A stretch of 58,766 nt of DNA from Candidatus Uhrbacteria bacterium (GCA_009691315.1 SICT01000001.1:1-58766); one strand, 5' to 3'. Counted from the first letter of the stretch, positions 35,701 through 45,378 are shown. Notes: generated from the sequence alone by a model not told the origin. Numbers and translations: made by a program.

Positions 35701-38700
35701 GAAATAGCCGGCCGTCGGCACATAATGATAGGGATCTTTTTCCCCAAACAAAATTGGCGTTGGATTCCACGTTAAGCATGGGTGCTGAGTCACATCATCT
35801 CCAGTAATGCGTGTCATGTCGCGCTCCAAACATTGTCCAAAAATTCCGTTGACTATTTGCGATTTACGGAAAGCCACGCATCTCCCGCCTTGTTCCGGTG
35901 GTCCGCAGGTTTGAGAGGCATTAGACCCTTCAATCGCCAATTTCTGTGGATTTTTTGGATCTGTCTGCGGTATTTTAAATATCGCTTCCGGCAAACACGA
36001 CTGTCCGGCGCGCGGTCCGCCCGCGCACACCCCGGGCAAAACATGTGAAGAAAACACATCGTAAAACTTGATGATACCGGCATCTGGATATTCCACACGT
36101 TTATAACTGCAAGCACAATCTTCACCGTATTCACAGATGTTGGCTCCGGTAAAACTGGTTAACCGTTGTTTCGGTTGAGCAGGATTTTTGGACGTATCCC
36201 AATCAATCGCATACGAAGAAGGGAATGGAGCATCCGCTTCCGGATAAGCTCGACACTCCGCACTCGGAAATGCCTGACTCAAAGCCTGATCATGGGTTGG
36301 ATTAGGCTGAGCAAATTTTAAAGTCACATTCTGAAAATCTAAGCCAGTGTCTTTGGCATTGACCGCCACATAGCAAAGGAATGAACGGCCTGAACTTAAG
36401 GCTTGCAAGTATTCATTCAAACGATAATACCCAATTCTCCCAGTGCCAACATGCTTACACAAAAACAGTTGAGGATTCGCTTTAGACAACGGGTCTTCTT
36501 TATCGAGCTTGATTGCTTCATAGCTCTTGGGACTTGGGTTCAAAAGGAATTTATTTGGATTCTGAGGATCCACGATTACTGGGATGACAATAGCAGCGGC
36601 CAAACGATAATCCAAGGCAAACCGATATTTGTTATTTGCTACATTCCCTGCCCCATCCGCACCAGGTTTCGCCGTGGTCAGGTCCGGCACCTGAAATGAA
36701 TTCGGGATGGTGTAACCAGAATAATCATTTTCCCCCAAACCGATCCTCCGACTCGCGTATTGGTTGACGTCAAAGAATGCGCCGCGGGTCAGCGTTGGTT
36801 CCGTACTCGTCGTCGCACGATTCACATAATGTGCGCAGAAAATATCACCGTTCTCATGGCTCGCCTGATCGCATAACGCCAAATTCGTACAAATATCTTT
36901 ATATTTATTGCTGCTGCGATCAAACACTGTTTCGGCACTCTTACACCCCAACCACTGCGAACAATCACGATCCACGTTTACTTTAATCAACAAATTGGCA
37001 TCATTTTCTCTCGTTCCTCCAGGCTTACTGCACGATCCTGTAAAATCGTGGGTATGAGTCAATAAAACCGGGTTAATAATCTCTTTATCAACAATCTTAT
37101 AATTACATTCCGCATCCCGTTCACACACATTGCCTTCCCATGGATTGATCTTTGTATCCACAACCCCCAGAAAATTGGTCGTGACAATCGTTTCCTGTCC
37201 CTGACACTTCTTGGCTTGACAATTTGCATCCTTTGATCCCAAACAACTCACAGGCGTGGTGGGCGTAAACAATTGATCGCGATATTTTGCATAACTGGCA
37301 GACACGTTGTAACTCAATTGCGTATCACTCAAATTATTCAACAAGATACAGCCCTTCCCAACATCTACACTCCCATTACACGTGGCGGTATCAAATTTCT
37401 GCGGATCATAAATAAAGAAGTATGGCTTACCGGTTTTATGTGATGGATCTGATACATCATTTGGATCGCGCAATTCCGAACACTCCCCTTGATCCTGCGG
37501 ACACAACCCTCCCCATCCCTGATATTCCGTGTCACCTGTGCGCAGAAGATTAAACGTCTGACCGTTTTCCAAGACCAGCGGATAACACGGAAGCGTTGTC
37601 CCCTTCTCAAACCAACCAGAATAGGTACCGACCGCTAAATTTTTAATCCCTGAATTATCTCCGGTTAATGGAACATTCTCTTTATATTCACAGGTGTGAT
37701 TTCCTGGATCGCGGAAATATTCTTTTCCTCCGGTCGCCGGATTAAATTCCTGACAAAAAAGTTCAGATGGCCGGCACAAACCCTGATCGTATTTCGTAAT
37801 GTCATCTTTATAATAAACCGTGGCGAACGTGGATGTCGCATCCAAACTCAAACGATTTTGGGTATATTTTGGTTTTCCAAACGCCCGGCACGAGGCATTT
37901 TCTGGTTGACAATGTTTGCTCGGATCATCAATCAAATACAAATAGCGATCGGCCGAACGGGTGGTTGTTGCGCCACCAAATCCTGGAATCACTGGTTTGT
38001 CTTCCATAACGAATGTTTGTTCACCCGTGTCAGCTGAATTCCGCGTATCAATAAATCCAGTACAGCTGATCGCCTGTTGACGACACAAGCGCGAGAACTG
38101 ACGAATGTCTACTTTTTGCCCATCGCGCCGCTTGTATTCGCGACAACCTAGCATGGCTTGCGGTTGAGGGACTCCGCCTAATCCGGTATCACACTCATTC
38201 GGTGTCTTCCAAGTATTGGCTCGCACATAGGCCATATCCGGAATAAGAGTCACCGTTACTTCATCCAGATAAACAAGAGGCGTCGCAGCACTCCAAACGA
38301 GCGCGGTTAGCTTACTCCCACTCCAACCATTAAACGGACCCACCGAATATCTCTGCCAATCCGGTGTCAGATTCACCGTACCGACCACGGTCTTTTTTCC
38401 TAAATCTTTTGGATCTGCTGTTGATACGAACAATGGAACAGAGCTGGTCGCGGCTGGTCCTTTGGCCCAAAAGGTCACGCGGAATAAGTCGGTCGGAGTT
38501 GAAGTGACAGATACGCTCGCCTGTACAATCTTGTCTTGCGGCTTATTTTTTGCTGGGATCCGCAACGACGAATCACCGACTAAAAGTGATTCACTTGATT
38601 TTTCTCCACCGACAAACGCCCCAATCCCATCTCGAAAATTTTGTGCCAAGACCGTTTGCATGTTACCAGACTCTGCTCCCGCATAAGCGCGACAAGAAAT

Positions 38701-41700
38701 TGCTTGTGCACTACACACCCGACTTTCCGGGGCAAACAACGAATACACACACTCCCCTGTGGATGCCTGAAACGTTCCACCTGTTTTTTTACAGTCATCT
38801 ATATTCCGATTGTTCAAACGATAATCTTTACACTGATCCGTCGATAACACGGTCTGAGAATAATAACGATAAAAAACATGGCCATCCGCATCGTAAAATT
38901 GTCGGCAATCCGGATCAACGCCGCTCCGCCAATTGGCTTCACTACACGTTTTTGGGTCTTTAAAACTTACCTGATCTGGACCACGTTTGAGCAACAGAAG
39001 TGGCCCGCCAGCGACTTCCCCGGGCAAAACATTGGCATTTGGATCTTGCTTCATGCTCCAACTACGTAATTGAAATCCGGCGGTGTCTGATCCTTCCCAG
39101 GTAAAAAATGTTTTGGAATTTTTATCTGGCTTTTCACAGGCGCGTACATAACTATAGTAAGCCGTCCGCTCACCGCCACCTGCACTCGCCTCCACATTGG
39201 TAAATTCTTCACAACCGACTTGCTCCTGTGTACAGGCTTGAGCTGTGGCAGGAATAAAAAAGTCTGTCGCTGTGTCCGTAGGATCATCAAACTCTTTTAT
39301 ACTGTCATGTACCAAATCAAATGCTGACGGTTGTTTTCGATACTGGGCATAGCTGACACAGGTTTCCGGACAATAATCATTTGTACCGACAATCGCTGGC
39401 ACTTCTCCGCCTGCCAGCACATCGGTGTAGCCCTGACAGCCGGCTTCTGACTGACGACAGACTTGAGCAAATTTTGCACACAATGGATGATCCTTGCCTT
39501 CTCCACGGCAATTGAGATCTTCTGGCGCAAGTTTCATAAACGTCGCTGGCAAACTAGCATTCAACCCCGATGCAAATGGCGTAGCAAGCTCGCCTTCTTC
39601 CAATTGCAAAGCGTCTAGTAAGGCTGGCGAATTTTTATCATCTTGAGATAAGCTCATCACCGCGAAACGTGCATTGGCCGCGCTCAAAAAACTACATTCA
39701 TAGCGTCGCCAGTCTGTCGTAAGAGCCGGATGAGCACGTAAATCAACACTCTCAACTCCGAGTCCAGCTGGTTCACAGCCCGAACTACGAAAATCTTTAA
39801 TCGTAGCCGCCTTATCTATCATCAAATTTTTCTCCGTATATTGAATGATCTGCGCTTTAAATGATTCATTGCCCCCATCTTTTGTTCCACGTGCATAGAC
39901 AGAGAAGGTATACATGCGTCCGGAAGTAATTGCCATTTTTTGAATAATCGTTTTACCAAGCGACAACTCTAAAGCAGAGGCTGTATCAAATGAGGCCGTT
40001 CCACTCGCGACTTGGGGAATCGTGAAAGGGGTACCCGGCGACCAATTGGCCAGAGTTGGGGTCGATGTCCCAACGGCATTTTCAAATGAAGGATTCTGAA
40101 TCAGATTTAAGGCTGAATCACCAATTTGAAATGAATGGACCTTCGTACAACCTTCGTCTGATCCAGAACATGGCGCCAACGTCTTATCAAAGTAGATACG
40201 TGGGCCGGTTGAGGTCGTTCCCACCCACGCATCCGTACTTGTACTCAAAGCATTGCGCGTCGTCGCATACCACAAACATCCGACATTGCTAGCATCACAC
40301 GTTCCGTAATCCAACGTATTGCGCAGATAGGAAATCGCCCCGCCTCCAGGAGCTTGATAATTGCGACAGCTGGAAAAACGTGCCGGACATTCTTCGGCCT
40401 GAAAACGATAAACCGTTTTTTCTGCCATGCAGTAACCATAACCGCCCGTACACTCACCTTGATTGTTCCGCTTAAGACAGGTTTGAATGTCCTGACACTC
40501 TTCCCGACGCTGATTGATAGATGGAGATAAAAGCGTATCGCCAAAACCAGACAGCGTGCATTGTTGAGGAAACGACGTGATGACCCAGTTCGCATCAATC
40601 AAATGACACCATGGATATTTGGCATCACGCTGGCCCTGCGGATTGCACACGGAAAATCCTTTCACAACTTCAGACAACGTGGCACAACCACTAGAAGAGT
40701 TACACAAAGCCTGATTTTCCGCCGAATTCGCCGCCAGCTCAAATCCCACAGACAAAATACGCGCCAGTCGTAATTTCTGCAGATTGCCCGCACAGTAAGC
40801 TGTGTTAAAACAGTTCGGATCCTGATTCAGCTTGGTCATGCTGGTTGGAATCAGTCTGCGCGATCCATCCAAGAAACCTTTGCCCATCGCTTCGCCAACC
40901 GTAAAAGATCCCTGCTCACCCTGGCTCTGGACGGCCTGAATGAATTTTTGATCAATCGTACAATTCCACAAACCACGATAATCACTTGGACAACCTGAGA
41001 ACTCCGATACCACATCCACTTGCGCGACTTTTTGCAGGTTGGGCGTCTTCAAATCAATGTTCGCCGCACGCGCATCGGTTTTTCCTGCCGTCACAATCGC
41101 ATCTGGATTCGCCGCGACGTTCTGCCGCACGGCATCGGAATAATCAAAGGCACCGGTAAACCCTTTATCAAAAATGCGCTTCATGAATTTGGAAGCAAGC
41201 GTGTTCAAAAAAACCGAAGCCGTATAACTCGCCAACTGGATCGGACCTTCTTTAAACGCATTGCCCAAAATCGCTCCGGTTTGCGCAATCTGCGAAGCAT
41301 TGCCTTTTCTCACCGTTTCTTCTTTTGTCGCTTCAGACACGACTTCGCTCGGCGTTTTGACATTGCCTGAAATAATCCCGGAGACATCTTTAAACCCTTT
41401 GCCAACCTCACGTTCTTTCGTCGCAAAGGATACGGCATCCGTTGTTTTTAAAGTGACAGAATTCAAAATATTTACCGTGGCCCCAAGCTCACTCGTATTC
41501 GTATTCAAATTAAAATCAATCGTCGGATAGGTTTCCGCTTTTGTTAACGACGAGCCAAATGAATTCCAATTGTTAATCACATTCTGAAATTCACATTTTG
41601 GTTTTTGCGGTGAGTACTGCCCCTGACCAACACCAGACTGCGGGAAAAAATTACCCAGTGACAATTGGATCTTCAGCAGGTTGCTGGTATTGGGCTTACA

Positions 41701-42141
41701 CAAATTAAATCCAATATTCTTAAAAAATTCTGAATCTGACAATGAACCCATGGCCTCGCCCACCGCATCCTTGCCCACATCTGTCATGTTTTTCGCAAAA
41801 TTTTTGGTAAAAAACTGTGCCCCCTGACCCTTGCCACCTGACACAATATAGTTCGCCGCTTCATAGGCAAGACGACCTACTAAAAGCTGGGCCGCATTAA
41901 AAAAAGCCACAACCAGAGCACGGGTAATCTGAGAAATGATCGTCTTATAAGTGCTGTTAGCTGTTTCTGGCAGGTTGGCCATAACTGCACTTGGCATACC
42001 AACGCCAGTAACCGGCGGAGCATTCTCCGGCTGAGCTAACGCAAACTCTACAGATGGGCCGGCTAAACTCACACAAACAACCATAACAATCAACACCGAT
42101 TGCATGGCGCGAAAAAAAATCGAAGAGCGATTAATCTTCAT
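32752..42141 (-). CDS. Giant (3129 aa) secreted cysteine-rich surface protein with CBM4/9-like jelly-roll modules
   Basis: It is a single uninterrupted ORF with an N-terminal signal or anchor (SVLIVMVVCVSLAGPSVEFALA). A CBM-like module starts ...NLIQNPSFENAVG... and ends ...LLDALQLEEG (aa ~678-855). A second beta-sandwich-like module lies at aa ~1163-1300 (...YLDEVTVTL). A VTVDWGDG motif lies near the C-terminus. Cys is extremely frequent after aa ~380. Confidence 0.85.
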   Translation of the reverse strand: MKINRSSIFFRAMQSVLIVMVVCVSLAGPSVEFALAQPENAPPVTGVGMPSAVMANLPETANSTYKTIISQITRALVVAFFNAAQLLVGRLAYEAANYIVSGGKGQGAQFFTKNFAKNMTDVGKDAVGEAMGSLSDSEFFKNIGFNLCKPNTSNLLKIQLSLGNFFPQSGVGQGQYSPQKPKCEFQNVINNWNSFGSSLTKAETYPTIDFNLNTNTSELGATVNILNSVTLKTTDAVSFATKEREVGKGFKDVSGIISGNVKTPSEVVSEATKEETVRKGNASQIAQTGAILGNAFKEGPIQLASYTASVFLNTLASKFMKRIFDKGFTGAFDYSDAVRQNVAANPDAIVTAGKTDARAANIDLKTPNLQKVAQVDVVSEFSGCPSDYRGLWNCTIDQKFIQAVQSQGEQGSFTVGEAMGKGFLDGSRRLIPTSMTKLNQDPNCFNTAYCAGNLQKLRLARILSVGFELAANSAENQALCNSSSGCATLSEVVKGFSVCNPQGQRDAKYPWCHLIDANWVITSFPQQCTLSGFGDTLLSPSINQRREECQDIQTCLKRNNQGECTGGYGYCMAEKTVYRFQAEECPARFSSCRNYQAPGGGAISYLRNTLDYGTCDASNVGCLWYATTRNALSTSTDAWVGTTSTGPRIYFDKTLAPCSGSDEGCTKVHSFQIGDSALNLIQNPSFENAVGTSTPTLANWSPGTPFTIPQVASGTASFDTASALELSLGKTIIQKMAITSGRMYTFSVYARGTKDGGNESFKAQIIQYTEKNLMIDKAATIKDFRSSGCEPAGLGVESVDLRAHPALTTDWRRYECSFLSAANARFAVMSLSQDDKNSPALLDALQLEEGELATPFASGLNASLPATFMKLAPEDLNCRGEGKDHPLCAKFAQVCRQSEAGCQGYTDVLAGGEVPAIVGTNDYCPETCVSYAQYRKQPSAFDLVHDSIKEFDDPTDTATDFFIPATAQACTQEQVGCEEFTNVEASAGGGERTAYYSYVRACEKPDKNSKTFFTWEGSDTAGFQLRSWSMKQDPNANVLPGEVAGGPLLLLKRGPDQVSFKDPKTCSEANWRSGVDPDCRQFYDADGHVFYRYYSQTVLSTDQCKDYRLNNRNIDDCKKTGGTFQASTGECVYSLFAPESRVCSAQAISCRAYAGAESGNMQTVLAQNFRDGIGAFVGGEKSSESLLVGDSSLRIPAKNKPQDKIVQASVSVTSTPTDLFRVTFWAKGPAATSSVPLFVSTADPKDLGKKTVVGTVNLTPDWQRYSVGPFNGWSGSKLTALVWSAATPLVYLDEVTVTLIPDMAYVRANTWKTPNECDTGLGGVPQPQAMLGCREYKRRDGQKVDIRQFSRLCRQQAISCTGFIDTRNSADTGEQTFVMEDKPVIPGFGGATTTRSADRYLYLIDDPSKHCQPENASCRAFGKPKYTQNRLSLDATSTFATVYYKDDITKYDQGLCRPSELFCQEFNPATGGKEYFRDPGNHTCEYKENVPLTGDNSGIKNLAVGTYSGWFEKGTTLPCYPLVLENGQTFNLLRTGDTEYQGWGGLCPQDQGECSELRDPNDVSDPSHKTGKPYFFIYDPQKFDTATCNGSVDVGKGCILLNNLSDTQLSYNVSASYAKYRDQLFTPTTPVSCLGSKDANCQAKKCQGQETIVTTNFLGVVDTKINPWEGNVCERDAECNYKIVDKEIINPVLLTHTHDFTGSCSKPGGTRENDANLLIKVNVDRDCSQWLGCKSAETVFDRSSNKYKDICTNLALCDQASHENGDIFCAHYVNRATTSTEPTLTRGAFFDVNQYASRRIGLGENDYSGYTIPNSFQVPDLTTAKPGADGAGNVANNKYRFALDYRLAAAIVIPVIVDPQNPNKFLLNPSPKSYEAIKLDKEDPLSKANPQLFLCKHVGTGRIGYYRLNEYLQALSSGRSFLCYVAVNAKDTGLDFQNVTLKFAQPNPTHDQALSQAFPSAECRAYPEADAPFPSSYAIDWDTSKNPAQPKQRLTSFTGANICEYGEDCACSYKRVEYPDAGIIKFYDVFSSHVLPGVCAGGPRAGQSCLPEAIFKIPQTDPKNPQKLAIEGSNASQTCGPPEQGGRCVAFRKSQIVNGIFGQCLERDMTRITGDDVTQHPCLTWNPTPILFGEKDPYHYVPTAGYFPPENSGQYYCLSKADPPSARSLTDVDFVGEHDEKKQNEGKPDSNYAGSMFKFNYDDNFTSNGRDSAVGGYPGASLVGDRPEFSPNAEQCELADDDQDEGDNDRDLSAVRLVDAGSSPDQSYTETFFQLEKPILEFNGGDNKDKSLAYISISPIENPNDMGRLACGYQADWVDGLGEVDYNEGDSTKAKDVEWRQKFFENYKPILGRGADTLFKGSQGQPLEVDCVNEPGKCFMKTWQTDYRSSGQTNFISLFKDSLKPFDPPDASSVKRQLSHIRSTAYTEKCTSDKPYFSIRGVFQSKAVNGPWSLQGFWVSTCGGQANDMRYIYMNIKVNYGSICTQLAEVISRDSRQNAAFTDRVWKNGNFTAPGVGFQYGSRFAPFSSALNTGPAGTDPLFQSGGNVAGFSSLKPPTFLGAGIGSFFRKETCCKVPDPNDPKGFVELNVPPYGRSWHYLTNLFAKIYRIYQWTGTEYQPDIKQCPDPSDESCGLTVYNFTKNINGKQEGLDPFLSDNLPPTNVTPGHYTPQFLGYDPIPADVPRIQQFTDTIAYYTPHPPRIAAPDARKCDTPGQCSIQRLDMFSFDGQSDGAVNAAGGQHKASLKFYGWASHEQMPLKNVTVDWGDGFQQKIADASLKNHKPFCATQSECDDPIRGWGITCNTDVDCPAGAGRCAPLGTCSKKQYKTCHSDSDCTIGKAKDQCIYRTFFGNSGEACQPNYFEFSHQYYCGGTGDLPACEFEWPVNQQQEPKKFLEGRCSRDPNRGCTTPQQEIGNIPLRCAAGDICIPTGLAPNRGCWDKKVNACRFTPRVMLQDNWGWCSGECRTKIKDNQLQDDGSDNEVLHPYGGCYSWGLADGIREGTIKSTNEVRATFGRLLNNECNSTNPDFQSLNSGYTQNYRPWIVYPGSLQLRSSGELQTQEDENLKSKTPQPGPNCSAYKKPNCPIGCVNTDVNNPYCGLRNCKEYSAPHCPVGCVIFNDICAETIG

Positions 42142-42147
42142 GAAAAG

Positions 42148-42918
42148 TTATTCATCTGAATCTAAATTTGGCAAAGGTCCTGGAATATTTCCCACTTGAT
42201 TTAATATTTGACTCGAACCAGCTGCCGCTCTAATTTTCAATGCTTCCTGATAGGCCGCATTATACACCTGTTCCACCTGAATATCCGAAAGTCCATCTAA
42301 TGTATCCTTGGCAACAAGATTGTTAGAGACTAAATATTCACGAATTTGAGTAGGAGTGAGACTGGTTGGTTCAGGCGGAGCCTGTAAAAACGTTTTCACG
42401 CCAATCGCTCCTGTCCCACTCTGCCCAATCTCCGCATCCGCCTGTGGAACGGGGAGTTGTGCTACATCCAAAAACTCACTAAAAGAAGAGGAGGCGTTCG
42501 CCTGAGGCAGTTGATTAAACGCCTGAAAACAGGTTTTTCCCTGTGGACAATTCGGATCAGAATTTTGTGCGACTTCGACCGTATCTGGAACGCCGTCCGA
42601 ATCACTATCCCCTATATAAGGTGAGGTGTGGTAAACGTATGACTCATCATAATCTGACAACCCATCATGATCTGTATCTTTTTGTTTTGAATCATTCAAT
42701 TGATTTGCTTGTGTTTGTTGTTCTGTAAAAAATTGTTGGGCGAGTTTTGACTTTTGATTCGGAACAAGAAATGGACTCCGAACCTGTCCGCTTACTTGAA
42801 ACAATGCGAGCGAAAAAGCAACCAGCCCGCAGAAACTTAAAATTCCCCCAGCCAATCTCTGCTCGGTTGATAGATGTAACCACCAGGCCCTCACGCCAGA
42901 CGGTTCTTGCTCCTCCAT
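42148..42918 (-). CDS. Membrane-anchored protein with thrombospondin-type-3-like Ca-binding repeats
   Basis: I trimmed the ORF to the ATG at 42918. It has one TM helix (LAGGILSFCGLVAFSLALF) followed by DTDHDGLSDYDE and DSDSDGVPDTVE. It ends 6 nt before the giant gene. Confidence 0.7.
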   Translation of the reverse strand: MEEQEPSGVRAWWLHLSTEQRLAGGILSFCGLVAFSLALFQVSGQVRSPFLVPNQKSKLAQQFFTEQQTQANQLNDSKQKDTDHDGLSDYDESYVYHTSPYIGDSDSDGVPDTVEVAQNSDPNCPQGKTCFQAFNQLPQANASSSFSEFLDVAQLPVPQADAEIGQSGTGAIGVKTFLQAPPEPTSLTPTQIREYLVSNNLVAKDTLDGLSDIQVEQVYNAAYQEALKIRAAAGSSQILNQVGNIPGPLPNLDSDE

Positions 42919-42987
42919 AGCATAAAAAAAGTATAGCACATGCGTTCTTGTCTATCTAGAAAAAATACTCTATTCTACCCACAACCT

Positions 42988-43353
42988 ATGCCAGCACATT
43001 CTTCTCAAGACTGGTCTCTCCCCGCGCAAGAAGGACAGCTATCGGTAGATATCTTTCGAGAAGGTGAAACGCTGATCATACGCTCCCCGGTCGCAGGTAC
43101 ACGGCTTGAGAATCTAGATATTGCCGTGCACGGAGATTTGTTGACGATCCGAGGCACTCGACAAATGATCGAAACTATTAATCAAGATGATTGGTTTCAT
43201 CAAGAATGTTATTGGGGAGCGTTCAGCCGCTCCATTATTCTGCCCCTTGAAGTCTATGCGGAAAAAGCAGAAGCGGCTCTGCAAGATGGATTGCTCACCA
43301 TCCGCTTACCAATCCGCTCAGGCTCTCATCGTCTAACCATCAAACCTCATTAA
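42988..43353 (+). CDS. Small heat-shock protein (Hsp20/alpha-crystallin)
   Basis: I trimmed the ORF to the ATG at 42988. The sequence ...LSVDIFREGETLIIRSPVAG...LDIAVHGDLLTIRGTR...F.RSI.LP..V....A.A.L.DGLLTIRLP is present. Confidence 0.88.
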   Translation: MPAHSSQDWSLPAQEGQLSVDIFREGETLIIRSPVAGTRLENLDIAVHGDLLTIRGTRQMIETINQDDWFHQECYWGAFSRSIILPLEVYAEKAEAALQDGLLTIRLPIRSGSHRLTIKPH

Positions 43354-43360
43354 TCAATCT

Positions 43361-43588
43361 ATGCTCAATCCGTTGACACTGACTGTCGAAAATATCCAAG
43401 GGAATATCATCAACGCGAAAAGCGCAGATGGAAAAACCTGGTCTCTGCCTATGGAGACCGTGCATGGAACGCCTAAACCCGGACAAGAAATCCGCCTGAT
43501 CGGCGTGACCGTTGGCGCAGAAGATATTGGCACCAGTGCATTCGCTCAAACTCTTCTCCAAGAAATTTTAGGCGGAAAAACTGCATGA
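43361..43588 (+). CDS. Small hypothetical protein
   Basis: The 75-aa ORF has a stop that overlaps the VanW-family start by 4 nt. I recognise no motif. Confidence 0.45.
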   Translation: MLNPLTLTVENIQGNIINAKSADGKTWSLPMETVHGTPKPGQEIRLIGVTVGAEDIGTSAFAQTLLQEILGGKTA

Positions 43589-45378
43589 GAGTCGCGCTGA
43601 TCATCTGGCTATTCATCTTGAGCGCATCTCCGGCGTTGGCATTTGTAAATACGAAAATCGTTCCAGGCCTATCCATCTGGCACGTCCGATTGGATCATCT
43701 AGATCAAAAACAAGCCGTGGAAATCTTACAAAAAAAAATCCCTGACATCATTCCCGCGTATCTGACATTTCAGATCAATCGCGAATCCTTCGATCTAAAA
43801 ACAGACTGGATCCATGCGGATCTTGAGACGACCATCAATCAAGCACTCGCGTTTGGACATTCTGAAATCTGGTGGCGTAATTGGTTCGATCACATGCGCC
43901 TGTACATCTACCCCGTGAATCTTGAACCAAAAATAACGATCGATGAACCAGCTCTGCGCCTTCTCTTACAACCACAGCTAGATCCACGGCTTATCACCGT
44001 AAAAAATGCTGAACTCATGGTCAGCCTTGTCGTAGGTACTTCCACCCCAAGTATTCGAATAGAAACCGAGCGGGATGGCGTCCTGATCGATACCGATGCG
44101 GTCATACGGCTGATCCGTGTGCGAATCACTGACCAAGATTTTTCTCCCATCACGATTCCAACCATTGTTGTGAAAGCGGAAAGACGCACAGAAAATCTTG
44201 AACCACTCCGCGATCAGGTCCCTTCCTGGCTCGCCTACGCACCATTTGAACTCCGAGCCGATGGGGAACGTTTCAAGATATCCCCAGCTACACTGGCCTC
44301 CTGGCTTGATGGAGTGCCTCAAGATCAAACTATTGTTCTAGGATTAAATCCCGATCGAGTTGAAGCGACGTTAAAAGAGCGTTTGGATGGCATCTTGCAG
44401 ACGGCTAAAGATGGTTCGCTCACGCTCGAAGAAGATACTTCCTCAACAAGTTCAGCCTACAAAATAAAATCATTTATCCCTGGGATGGATGGGGTTGATC
44501 TTGATACCTCTGCCACTGTTCAAGCCATGCAACAGGCCTGGACCGTCGGTTCTTCGACTATTCCTATTACGCTGACACGACATCCGGCCATCATCGAAGG
44601 GGCCGATGCTGAGCGTCTGGGTATTCACGAATCAATCGGCGTTGGTCGCTCAAATTTTTCTGGTTCGCCCGTTAACCGCCGCAAAAATATCGCACTCGGC
44701 GCACAAAAAGTTTCTGGCGTACTTATTCCACCAGATACTGAATTCTCCCTCATCAAGACATTGACTCCGATTGACCAAACAGCCGGTTGGCTCAAAGAAC
44801 TGGTCATCAAAGACAACAAAACCATCCCGGAATTTGGCGGAGGACTGTGTCAGATAGGCACAACCGTTTTTCGTGCCGCGATTGATTCTGGACTACCAAT
44901 CACCTCACGCGTCAATCACGCCTATCGCGTACCGTATTACGAACCCGCTGGAAAAGACGCCACCATTTATGATCCGGCTCCGGATATGAAATTTAAAAAT
45001 GACACCGGTCATTGGATTCTCGTTTCGTCCCACATCAAAGGTGATAATATCTCTTTTACCTTTTGGGGCACACGTGATGGCAGAGAAATCACACAAAGCG
45101 ATTCCCGTGTTTATAATTTCGTCCCACCACCGGCGAAAAAAATTATTGAAACGTTGGATCTCCCACCAGGACAAATCAAATGCACAGAAAAAGCTCACAC
45201 CGGGGCTGACGCGAGTTTTACCTATGACGTGGTCTATCCAGACGGCAAAAAAAAACACGTGACCTTTTTCAGCCATTACAAACCCTGGGGTGCGGTATGT
45301 CTATTAGGCGTAGCACAGTTATCGGCTAGTTCGACAACTCCTATCGTTGATGAAACAGGTGTGAATAACCCCAATTAA
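43585..45378 (+). CDS. VanW-family protein (secreted or anchored)
   Basis: A signal-like N-terminus is present. The VanW core is ...EFGGGLCQIGTTVFRAAIDSGLPITSRVNHAYRVPYYEPAGKDATIY. Confidence 0.85.
   Translation: MRVALIIWLFILSASPALAFVNTKIVPGLSIWHVRLDHLDQKQAVEILQKKIPDIIPAYLTFQINRESFDLKTDWIHADLETTINQALAFGHSEIWWRNWFDHMRLYIYPVNLEPKITIDEPALRLLLQPQLDPRLITVKNAELMVSLVVGTSTPSIRIETERDGVLIDTDAVIRLIRVRITDQDFSPITIPTIVVKAERRTENLEPLRDQVPSWLAYAPFELRADGERFKISPATLASWLDGVPQDQTIVLGLNPDRVEATLKERLDGILQTAKDGSLTLEEDTSSTSSAYKIKSFIPGMDGVDLDTSATVQAMQQAWTVGSSTIPITLTRHPAIIEGADAERLGIHESIGVGRSNFSGSPVNRRKNIALGAQKVSGVLIPPDTEFSLIKTLTPIDQTAGWLKELVIKDNKTIPEFGGGLCQIGTTVFRAAIDSGLPITSRVNHAYRVPYYEPAGKDATIYDPAPDMKFKNDTGHWILVSSHIKGDNISFTFWGTRDGREITQSDSRVYNFVPPPAKKIIETLDLPPGQIKCTEKAHTGADASFTYDVVYPDGKKKHVTFFSHYKPWGAVCLLGVAQLSASSTTPIVDETGVNNPN

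Noticed and set aside
36003-36036. A very GC-rich patch (ggcgcgcggtccgcccgcgcacaccccggg) inside the giant gene, considered as another palindromic insertion.
   Set aside because: Only a ~6-bp stem can be drawn. The patch is about 34 nt and encodes a plausible Gly/Pro/Arg/Ala turn (CAGGPRAGQ). The evidence is too weak to call it an element.
33236-41530. Dozens of 60-234-aa ORFs on both strands inside the giant gene, for example 33274-33978 on the plus strand and 38550-38963 on the plus strand.
   Set aside because: All are nested in, or antisense to, the single uninterrupted 9.4-kb ORF. Their translations look random, with no start context, so I treat them as frame shadows.
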